Shown piece by piece: positions 26,601 to 38,400 of a stretch of 64,000 bases of DNA (position 1 is its first letter; every line of letters begins with the position of its first letter). The stretch covers positions 458,518-522,517 of the forward strand of contig CM082591.2 of the NCBI GenBank assembly GCA_040954595.2, read 5' to 3'. This DNA is from Balanoglossus misakiensis. Lineage: Eukaryota; Animalia; Hemichordata. Under the pieces are notes generated by a model. The model did not search any database, was not told the origin of the DNA, and was given only the letters and a program-made list of their open reading frames with translations. Made by a program: the position numbers and the translations under genes.

Positions 26601-29269
26601 AGATTATATTGGAACAAAGCTTTGCAAGCTCTTGTGAGATTTCACAAAGTTATTGGTCATTTACACAAAGTTTTAACAGACCATGAAACTGTGCATATTT
26701 CATTCGATTTTTCTCAGTATCATTTCGCTTTGATTCTATATTTAAAACATGACATACTTTTGCAGGAAGGATATACTTTCATATGTGTTTAAAGTAATAT
26801 GTTGTTTTTTTTGTTTGTTAAAAAGTCTGATTTTTCAATTGGTATCAATTTTCATGAGTTATTTACAAACATATAATGTATCCAACCGAGAACGTCTTAT
26901 ATGTCATAAAGGGTGATTGTGTCAAAATATTTACCTTTGCCGAATATGGTATATGAGTCTGGCAATCACAATATATTGTCTTTTCAAGTTATCTTTTTTG
27001 ATAAAAATCTAAACACATGAATATTTTGACATCAACAATCAAGGTGTGAAATTGAATCATTTTAATGTGGGATTAACAGTCAAGTATTATGAAAATACTT
27101 TAAGCAGTATATAAATAATAAACAACATATTTTTTTTCTTTGGATAAAGAGATATATACATGAAGTATTTACCAAGACAAGCACTCAAAGAGAAAGCCTT
27201 AACATCACTCCTTGTGATATTGATTTCAGCATTTTCATTGTATGAAATTTATTTTATTTCCCTTACTCAAAAAATGTGCAAAATTCTGGAGGTTGGAGGT
27301 CAATTCTGTTCTTCTGGCTTTACTTTTAAAACCTTCTATAGTCTATGTTAGCATCAAATAAAAAGTATGTGTCTCTAGAAATGCATATCAATTTGTTACA
27401 TATTGCAATGAATCATAGACAGTAGGTTCCTACTGTTGTCTATAAGTGAAAGATGAATTAACTAGTTGGAGTTGTGTCCAACATTTACCTTGATTGAACA
27501 GCATCATTTTCAAGAAAACCAAATATTCTGTCAATGAAACAGAGAATATTTTAATGACAATTTGGTTTTGCTATATTTTAATCGATTAAAGTGGCAAATG
27601 TGTGTGTACATCATGAATCTAAATTTATGTAAATCAGTTCATTTTGTTAATGTCAGAAATATTGGACGTTACATGTTAACTTTGTAATACTAAAATGTCT
27701 GTTAAAATAAAATTTTTAAATATCACATCAAATACTCACTTTCTTTCTGTTAGTCCCATGTTCTTTTGGTGGTGGATTTGCTGAGTTGTTTATTTATTTT
27801 GGTCATGTGACTGCACAGCTGTGATGGGATTGGTGCTGGAGAGCTGGTAGATGAAAGTTGCATAATGTCACCTGAATGACTTGTATTAAGATTTTATTGA
27901 AATGATTAAGTCACTATCAAAAGCATGTACTTGAGTTGACAAAATGTGAAAATGATCAAAACTCAAAAAGTTAAGAACTGCAGACTACTATTTGCTTTAA
28001 AAATTGGTTTATATGTGAGGGAGATTTTGTTAAGTGTTTGATATTGTGCTGTCCCACAACCAACATGAAACAGTGTCAGATAATGAACCCTTGAGGCAAG
28101 ATTCTGGTTAATTATACTTCAGTAGATATTAGGACAGTTCCCCCTGGACGTTCTCATGCAGATAAGCTGCACTGAAGAGTCAGTGTTATGGTCATACATG
28201 TAAATGCCTGGTGGGTATATACCTGTCCAGGGGGTGGCTGTACTAGAACCCACCAGTAAGCCTACCTGAACTATAGTCCTTCAATAAAATAAAATTCTAG
28301 ATAAATAAATGGGCATTGAGACTTTTGGAGTCCTCTCCTGCATAGCCTTTGAAAATCTGCAATAGAAAATAATATCATTGTGAGAAATTGAATTTAATGT
28401 CCTAAGTGACTTCACTAGGAGTGAATGAGTCCGTGCATAAAGTTAAATGGATAAAATAAATCATTATTTATGATAATGTAAATAGTCACTTTTGGAGATA
28501 TTTCAATTACCATTGGGCCACCTTAATCCTGTTTTGCCAATTCAAATGTTTGCCTCTGGCAAAATAGGTACAATTTATTTCATTTTTTAGAAATGAACAT
28601 ACAGGTACAATACTCAGAGGCTACTTGCTTGTCAACTATGATATTATCTCTGGGGACAGAATGACATTAACACAGAACAAATCACAAAATAAACAAAATA
28701 CCTGCAAAGCCTGGCATATCTAAACTGATAAAATCAAATGGTAGACATTCATCCTTGCTTCATTGTTTGACAAAGTACCATCAATCAAAAACTGTCTTTA
28801 TTGTGTTTGAAATAGATCAGCGGCCATTACTGTTTGTGAGAAGTATATTTTGCTATACTATTTAATTTTTGTGTGTGCAGAATTTTGAGTCTTAATTTTA
28901 CAATTTGTTCACATTATCCATATTTCTCTTAATTTGGATGAACTACCGGTAGTCTCTAGGTCTATGGAATTAAAGAGATTTTGTTAAGTTCGAGTGAAAC
29001 ATTTTCAAAGGTTACATCAAGTTAACTGAATTTCAATTGCTGACATGTTTTCAATGGACAATGGCAATTGAACTTTGACAGAGTCCAGACTGTGATACAA
29101 TGTACAACACAGATATTTACAGCCAGATCACATGACAAGCGTGCTTGGTAGATCGAGGTACGAAAAACCAAACTGTGACTTTTCGGCCATTTTTTCCCGG
29201 TGAGCACATCACCTGCAGTGCTCTTGATACTTTGGAACCTTAGCTTCAGTAATGTACCTGGACAGAAGC

Positions 29270-30120
29270 TCTACCTTGTGAGGAAATCAACCAGTCTGTT
29301 ACAATATTAAAAGGTATGTTGTTTTGAAGTTTGTGATTTTCTGTCTTTTTCTGGCAGTCCTCAAACTCGAGCCACACCTCTTTCATTTTCAAGTAACAGA
29401 AACACCCCCTCAATTTTTGTTAAATTGGAAATAGAATTAAGCCTCTAAACTGCTCTTCGCGTGAAAAAAAACCTAAATAAAAAAGTCTAGGATTTGTGAA
29501 TTCCAATTTATTTACATGTGACTATATATCAATCATATTTCACCTGGATTGGAGCTCTAACTTTTGAAGGAATTAACCACTCTGTTACAACCATTTTGAG
29601 ACGTATAAATTGGAGCTGATGATTTATTATCTTGTTTTTAAACTGAATACACTGAATACATATACCCCTGGTAGGTGACATGTTGTAAATGGATGTTGGC
29701 AAAGAGATTCAAAAGTCTGATATCACATCTACCGTACAACACAGGTACCCGGTATGTGACGTGACAAGTACTGAGCAACTCTGCGGTACTCCGAACCAAG
29801 CTCAGGGATATCTTCTGCTTATGACACTAGGACCTACTGTAGATTTGACAGTGTACCACAGATTGAAGTTTTACGTTGTGGAGGAATCAACTACTCTGTT
29901 TTGACATTAAAAGGTATGTTGCATCGAAGTTGGTCTTTTTCTTTCAGTCCCCAAACTCGAGCTACACCGTTTTCATTTTCAACTAACAGAACCCGACACC
30001 CACAAGAAGAATTGTATTAGAAATACTAGCTTAATAAGCACCTCTAGACTATTTTTTTCTCAGCTTGGACAAAGACCCATAAAGTAAAAATTTCTAGGAT
30101 TGTGAATATCAATGTATCTC
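29270..30120 (+). repeat. Diverged tandem duplication (600-bp spacing) of a probable non-coding first exon end and splice donor upstream of the GT4/NHL gene
   Basis: ttaaaag|gtatgttg at 29313/29314 and 29913/29914; both copies are followed by cagtcc(t/c)caaactcgagc(c/t)acacc..tttcattttcaa(g/c)taacagaa and later tctaggatt(t)gtgaa. Confidence 0.75.
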
Positions 30121-30754
30121 CATACAGCTATTATCAATTGTCAAACTGTCTCCTCAGTACTGTCACAGTGTGGTTATATTGGTTATATTTGTAGTACCGG
30201 TACTGGTATGCTACATGTTGTCTGTCACCTGTGACATCATTTGTCCCTCCAAAGCCTCTGCTTTCCAGAATATCAATCATGTTATCAACTGCGTGTTTCT
30301 GTCACCATAAAAGGTGACAGAAAAGCCATCACATTTCACCTTACAGGCTGGGCCATTGGTAGATTTCTCAATAACACTTTGTTACTCCCTGAAATGCATT
30401 TTTCAGGTACTGTACCACTGGTGTTAACAACAAAGATTGAAAGTCACAAAGCTTACGTAATGATTTTAACAGAGTTTAGCTATAAATGTTCAAACTGTGT
30501 ATGGTCATTCACATACAGTACACCATGGACATGATGTCAAATGCAGTGTTAGCATATTTGGTTAAATATTAAACCATACATGTACTGTAAATGCTATTCT
30601 AGCCTGGTTTCTAACAGACTGTGACCTCATTCGACCTTCCAGAAACTCGTTACTTAGTGTTTCACTGTGACTATGCGCATGGATCAATCTTAGGGGAAAC
30701 ATTTGTTACATCTGACAAATTTCCTTCCCCATACTTCTTCCTGATAGGAATACA

Positions 30755-32435
30755 ATGTCAGAACCATCTGCAGCACTGGTTGTATTGAAATCATGGGACA
30801 AGGAGGCAAAGACCTCCCAACCAACTCAAGCTATAATCAAACATCTCAAAGAAAACACACTCAAGTCTGAGAACATTTCTGAATTCCACTGTACTACCCT
30901 TGAAGTTGAAGTGAGTGAAGAACAAAAGAAAGATGCAGAGAGTGTTAGTGCTACTTTGATCCCAGCTGTAAGAGACAAGAGATTGGATCTTCATGAAGAC
31001 CCCCCTGGAGTAAACTGGCTTGTTCACCATGATACATACTTCCCAGATCTGAAGAGGCTGCAAAACATCAAACATGTAATTGGATACTCCCCAAAAACAA
31101 AGAATGCAGCAGCTGAAATTCATAAAAGTCTCTTCCCTGAAGCCAAACTTCATCAACTCCATCTTCCTGATCCTCCTGGAGTATTATTTGTAAATGAAGA
31201 ATGGAACAAAGAGGACTGTGACTTGAATGGGTTTCACAGAACTCTCGTACAAGATTTCTGTGCAAGAAAAGTCAAAGAAGGAAAACCTGTTAAAGCCTAC
31301 TCCACCTTTGTTGGTGTCAAAGCCAGTGATGACCAGAAGACAGATGCTGCCAGTTGTGATGTCACATTGATTCCAGCACAACCAAAAGACATCACTGATC
31401 AACCGGACTTAAAATGGTTGTTGAATCATGAAAGCTACTTTCCTGATCTGAAAGAGTTAGAAAACATCCAATATGTTGTTGGTTATGCTCCAAAGACGGG
31501 ATTTGCTGCTATAGACATCAGAGCAAAGTTGTTTCCAGCTGCTAAACTTGTTATGATTAACCATGCCTACAAAGATGATAACTGTCTGTTGGAAATTCCA
31601 GACGGGAACCTCAGTGAGATGATGCTGAAGATGGCAAGTGAAGCTGACGTCATATTGTCAATTGGTCCAAAAATGTATGAGCATTTCACTAATGAATACA
31701 GGGCAGAAATTAATGGAAAGAAACTATCCAGTATCCCTCACATGGAGATCCTTCCAAGACCAGGGAAAGTCTTCTTTGACAAAGATCCAACATTACCAGA
31801 TGAAGTGGAAATTCACCGCATACTGACATATGGACAGTTTGATACACCAGAAGCCTTGAACAGATGCGAGATGCTAGCTGCTTCTATTGGAAGTGTAGCA
31901 AACATGCGGAAAGCAGTTGGCCGCAGACCTCCTGTATGGTCAATACTGGGAGCTTCACCAGAAATCCGTCAAACAGAGTTGAAGGGCCTTACAGCCAAAA
32001 CGAAGAGTGATCATGTGAAGACATATCTCAACTTATATTACACAGAAAATAGTCTGCAAACATCACTGCTTCAGTCCCACATTTGTCTTCCTGCATCCTT
32101 CTACAAGAAGTATGGTTTTATTGGGTTAGAATCTGTGGCCATTGGAATACCAACCTTACCTGATGAAGATTCTGAACTTGGTCAGTTTCTCAGCAAATAT
32201 TTTCCAGAGTTTGCAGAAACTTTCTCATTGCCTAACACCATTGATGGAAAAGTAGAGAGGATAATGAAGATTGTCAGTAACATCAGGCTTGCCTTTATCC
32301 AAGCTATGGAACTGAAGAATGCTTTCAAAGTGAGTGAGGATGTGAACAAGAGTTATGCTAAATTTGCTAGTCTGATGTCACCAGAGAAGAAAGAACACCA
32401 GGAACACACAATTGACCAAAGCAGAAAGTCAAAAG
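30755..32435 (+). CDS. GT-B fold, family-4 glycosyltransferase-like exon with a duplicated N-terminal lobe
   Basis: 560 codons with no intron. VLFVNEEW...FHRTL, PDLKWLLNHESYFPDL...YVVGYAPKT...LFPAAKLVMINH, ADVILSIGPKMYEHF, ILTYG, SHICLPAS..KKYGFIGLESVAIGIPTL..DSELG follow the order of GT4 motifs (EW..GG, ADxVxxVG, PSxxExFGLxxLEAxxxGxPxL). Confidence 0.75.
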
Positions 32436-35400
32436 GTATGTTCAAACAAACAAACTTATGTAGATGTTCTGTTCAACAGTTTCAACATTGGACATTTTAT
32501 GATGTATTGCCTACATAGGCTAGTCTGGCTTTTACATGAATATTGTTATACCGGTATAAATGTCATGTAATGATGTATGGTAAACTAAGCTTTCAGCCCT
32601 GTAGCATAATTAATAGGATAATTAACTTACCCCAGTATTTTTAAATCTTGAAATTCGATTGTATGTTCTAACTTATAAAACTTTTTTGGTAAGGGTTATA
32701 ATTTAAGTCACATATTTTGTGGGCATTTTTGAACCAACAAAGATCACTCAAATGCAATTGCAGTACCTGATTTTGCTTTTAACTTACTAATTTATCTATA
32801 TTTCTGCACCCTTTCATTCTGATCATTCCAGACGAAGATGTCAATCATCAAAATCCCATGAACGCTGGACATAATGGAGCAGAACTCCTACCAAGTCAAC
32901 AAACAGTGAAGAGAAAAGTAGAGGAGGCAGTAACCAATAGTAATGACAACAACAAGCAAATAGAGGAGATTCATGATGAGGAGGATGTGGTATCAAGTAT
33001 GGCAGCAGAGCCACTACAAAACACAGAAAACCACGATGACACAACCATTTCATTTCATCTCAGACTGGATGAAAATGCCTATCAGCAGCATCTACGAGAC
33101 GAAACACCGAACGAGGCAATGCAGCAGGCGGCTTCTGCATCTTGGGACAAATGCAAACAGGGGTTGGAGAGAAGAGCAGCTGAAGTGGTAACCAATAGCG
33201 ATGACATCAACAAAGTCAAGAAGGCTTGCACTGACACAATGGGAGAAGTGGACGTAACCGATATGAAGGAGGGATCACTGCAAATCACAGTAAACACGCC
33301 TGTACTTTTTAATCTCTTTAAATTGCGGGCCACTTGTCAATCAAGAAGTTTACCTGAAGCGTTTGAACCAATCTTGATAACAGATGAAATGAGAGAGGAG
33401 GCCAACAGAACTGGAATTCCACTACAGTTGACAGCAACATATAATCAAGCTAGGTTTGATAAACTGGAACTATTCTTTCTGAACAGTAAGTCTGTCCTCA
33501 GGTTTCTGATATTTTTGAGTGTACCGTATTTAACTTATTACAACCCAATGAACAAAATCAGAGAGTATTTTGCATGGCTAATTAAGTTGTTGTATTAATA
33601 AGTTAATTGCTCAAAGTTTAGACATACATTCTTCCAAAACATCAGACTGTACTTCATGACTTTTCCCATTTATTGTCTTTCAGGAGATGGTGGGGGAATA
33701 GGCCCAGTGGAAATACTGGAATATGACAATAGAGTAGAAGAGGAAAGTGTTGATGAAATAATGGATGAGGTACATTAGATTGTGTTATTATAAGGAGTAA
33801 ATTATATAGCATATCAAACTAATGATAAATGCAGTAAAGCATTATAGTAAATTTATGCATTTAACAATTGAATGGAAGACTGTAATGTCCTGATACATGC
33901 ATTACATTTCTTTTACTTCGGTCATAAACAATTTCCACATTTTTGTTGCTTTTACGACTAAACCATAATTATTACATTTCCAATAAAGTTTCACAGAACA
34001 TGTGTGGCTTTCCAAGATGCAGAGATGGAAATCTGTTCTGATCATTTCCAGACTGACCTGAAACAAGGTGAGTACAAGATTTTGGGTTTGTCATCATTTG
34101 AGATTTCTAAACCTACCTTACTGTCATTTAAATCATGGGCAATGGCGTCGTTTTGGCCGTTTAGATAGAAATCATTTAACACAGCTAGAGGCATCATTGT
34201 TAAGTTTTTTTCAGAAAAAAAATTGAAGATAACAGGATTTGTATGTTTTGCAGGTGGGACATTATCCAAGTTATTTCTTGAGATTGATCGGACACATGAA
34301 TTCCAGAAGTTAGCAGACAAACATGCACCTCAGATATTTGACAGTGAGCAGAATAAAAGACACAAAGGAAGAGAGTTTGACATCATACAACTATCAGGGA
34401 AAATGACCAAGAAAGTTCAGCATATCCTGTCTCACAGACCCCGACTCTTAGAGTTACTGGGTGTTAGAAGGTACCTTACGACTGACACAGAAAGGACTGA
34501 TTTCAGTGAATCAGGTAATAAGCAGTGACTTTTAAATGGTGTCAATATAACTCTTTGATACATCACTACAGCAAATCTGACAAGCATAATACACACTCCA
34601 AAGGTTTAACAGAAGCTCTGAGAAATTTTTTCTTTCAGTATCAAGATATGAGGTTGTAGTTAGTGTAAGCTTTCCCGTGGTGATGATACTTTTACAAAGC
34701 AGCCAATAGTACAGGAAATATTTTCCTCGTTCTCAAAAATCACTACTCTCAATGAACAATTATCGCCATACATCCATCAGTAAATTTTCTATCAAAATAT
34801 AAAACTGGCACATTCAAAATTCATGGAATTTGACAGCCAATGTTTCTTGCATATGCATATCATACCTAAGTCAATAATTCGGTGAAATTTACTTTACAGA
34901 TTTAAATAATAATGTGAAAGTAAAGTATTTGGCAGAGCATCTACTCAGATCTGCAGATTGTTAAGTATACATCATTGAAATAATTACATTAAATCTACTT
35001 CATTTCAGATTTGGAGGGAAAAATCATACAATATGGCACACCAGTTCTTTCCATTACAGCAGAATCTATCAGCTCACAAGCACAAAGCTTACTGCCCTTT
35101 GAAGTTAGTCTAAAACAGTTCCAAGAAATGCAGTCCCTGAAATCAGATAAGAAATCTCTTAAACAGCATTTGGATGAGACCTTGGCAGAAAGGTCCAAAC
35201 TTCGAGCAGAAAACATGATTCTAGAGAATCAGTTGAAAGAAGCAATTCAGGAAAAGTCCCTCTTAGAAAAGCAGTACAAAGATTGTGTTCAGAAACTTGA
35301 AAAAACAGAAAAAGTAGCTTTCACACAACTTATGGATGTCATTTCCCTCAAGCAAAGATTGAAAGAATCAGACCCTAGACACATCCAAGAGTTGAAGTCC

Positions 35401-38400
35401 AAACTTGATCAGAAAGACCAAATAATTGCTGAACTCAAATCAAAATTATCCCAAGCTGAGCTACAGCTGAAAAAGGCTATGGGTCTTCAACTGGGAGAAG
35501 ATATAACATTGAAAACTGGGCAAGGTGAGATTGATTGGGATGTGGTCATGACATAAAAAGAGCTGGTTCATATTATTAGTAAGCCTTGTAAATGAGACAT
35601 GTTGATGATAACAACAATCCAGAGGATGTACCATATTGGCTTTCATTTTATCTTGTTGCTTCAATTTTCACTATCAATAACTTTATAAGAGAATGTTTCT
35701 GATGTTTTTCTACTTTAAGTTTAAACTGAGGTCACAATATTCTGTTTAATTTTCAACACTGTTTATCCGGCTTTTGAAGATACGTTTATTAACAAACTCA
35801 GGGGAATTCAATTTTTGACTTCTCATTTCAATTTGAATTAAAGCTGATGATACTGAAACTACTGAGGAAAAAGAAACTGGGGATGCCAAAACCAAACCAA
35901 CACAACCTGAGATGAGAAGAGAAGAAGAAACTGGATCGGGGGAAACCAAACATCCACAACCTGAGACAACTGCAGAAAAAGAAACTGGGGATGCCAAAAC
36001 CAAACCAACACAACCTGAGATGAGAAGAGAAGAAGAAACTGGATCGGGGGAAACCAAACATCCACAACCTGAGACAACTGAGGAAAAAGAAACTGGGGAT
36101 GCCAAAACCAAACCAACACAACCTGAGACAACAAGAGAAGAGGCATCTGGGTCTGCAGACCTAACCAAACAAGATGAACCAAAGTCAAAAGAAAGACAGA
36201 GTACCACTAAGAAAGGTAAGTCAATGAAACCTGACATACTCAGAAAATGTATGGAGGCTAAATGTACAGAACACATTTCACTGGCATTAGTGGCTAACAG
36301 TCTTTCAGTGTTTCCTCAAGGATCCCATGTTAACCCTTTACCCCCTAGTTCCCTCTATAGAGGTCCACATTTACCATAGAAAATGATAGACTTGGACCAA
36401 ACCATGGTGGTGAAAGGGTTAAAAGCACTGCAGGCATATGTTTTACACATTTAGCTTACACCATTGCATTCATAGTACAAATCATGAAATTCAAATTAGG
36501 AACTTACCAATTTTCTTTATCCAAGTGACAATCTGGAACAGCCAGTGGTATTGAGACAGACCATTATCATGACTCATCCTAAGTGACTGAAGGTTTTCCA
36601 TCTTTCAGATCATCCGCAATGATTAACAAACTCCCTTCAGATAGATTTTCTAGTAAAAATATGATCACCATTTTCATTAGTCTATTTTTGTTTCAAGTAG
36701 CCCACCTAGGACAACAATATCAGTAAATTCTTCAAAGTTAAAGTTACATTTAATTTCACATACATTTGTTCAACAAAAATACTCACTTGGTCTCAGAAAG
36801 TGACAGTCTTCTCAGCTGAGGACAGTAGATTTGTTCTCTGTTCACCAATGTGATAATTACTAATTTGACAGCAGACCATCTCTGGGTGGGCTGGAAAAAG
36901 AAACAAAGGTAATATTCATCTCATTCTTAAAGGCATTTTTCTTTCCCGACCTGTAACACAAACCAAGAACTGGCTGACCTACTGGTATATGTGGTTCAAA
37001 ATGATTGTAACCATGTTATCAAGATATATCAAAATCAATATATTCAATATAATCATCTTTAAAATTAAGACAATGATCATTGTTTTACTGATCTGGTCAT
37101 GTATGTTGCCATGGTAACTTGGTATTGAAAAACTTCAAACATATAGAGTACTTTGGCAGAAAATTTATCCAAGCATTAATTCAATTTGTTAAAAGAAGTT
37201 TTATTAAAACACTGACTAACTCTTGCAAAGTGCCATATTTTTCAAAATAAATTCAGTTGCCATGGTTACCAGTTAATAATGTTACCGTAATAAATTTGTT
37301 CAGGAAAATAACGAACTAAGGAATTATCCCTGAAGTTTAGTTCAAGAATTTTTATGAAAGGTCTATTGAGTCAAAAGTTACGAGAAAAAGAGCATTTTTG
37401 ACTTGATTTCTTCAAATGCGTTACCATGGGAACATCAATGTTAATATATCCATTTGATTTTTAAATAAGAATATCTTTCATGCATATTATAAAAATATGT
37501 CTAAAAAGAGACAAAGTAAATTTTCTCCCCAGTATTGCAGAGAAATAGAAATAGTTCCAGAAACTGGGGGTTAGTCTGGTTGCCATGGTTACTAATCACT
37601 GTAAACATTGTGTAGAAAAACTACCCCTTAGTAGTTCAGTTGTCATAGCAATGATTCGTTTATTTTGTAATATGTTTTCTCTTGTTAAAATGAACAATAA
37701 AACACTAACTCTAGCATATTCCTAATGCATTTCAATACAGCATGTTTGACCTTTGACCTTTGTTTCACCTAACAGGTCACTGGTCAATGAGGGCACTGGA
37801 CGGCCAAAGTCCAAAGCCAGGACGAAAGTTTAAACAACCAAGAGGTATGGTGTTCCACGGTGACAAACTGGTGGTGTGTGACAATGACAACAGGGTTGTA
37901 CAGATACTGAATCAAGATTACACCTGTGACAAAGTCTTGGGAAGTTTTGATGGTCAGTTTGCAAAGCCATTCCAGCCACGGGATGTAGCTGTCTCCCATG
38001 ACAACATCTACTTCATAAGTGATAAGGGAAATTCTCAAATTGTTGTTTGTGATCAAAACAATAAAATTCTTAGAATAATTACTCTACCTGCAGGCGTCGA
38101 TGTCTGTGGCATCGCTCTACTGAATGGATTTGTTTTGGTCATTGGTTTCAAAGATCATCGGCTACTCAAGTACACCCAAGATGGTCAGTATGTTGCAGAG
38201 GTTGGTGGTAAAGGTCGTGGCCAAACACAATTCCATCACCCATTCTCTGTGGTGGTCAACAGTAAGAATGTCATCATGGTGTCTGACTGTAACAATCACT
38301 GCATCAAGTGTTTTGATGCTGAATTGAAATTCTTGTATCAATTTGGTGTGGAAGGTTCAGGTCCTGGTCAGCTGTTGTGTCCATTCAGCATTGACGTCGA

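Noticed and set aside
35746-36276. Three overlapping minus-strand repetitive ORFs
   Set aside because: Antisense shadows of the coding minisatellite on the + strand
36872-36908. Possible small exon (cag|CAG|ACCATC...AAAG|gtaat) between the repeat exon and the NHL exon
   Set aside because: At 34 or 37 nt it breaks the phase-1 to phase-1 frame; direct splicing 36215>37776 is in frame
35858-37652. CRISPR-like reading of the 54-bp repeats or the spaced palindromes
   Set aside because: Eukaryotic spliced context and no cas genes; the 54-bp repeats are in-frame coding units without unique spacers, and the palindromes are only 14 bp with ~150-bp gaps
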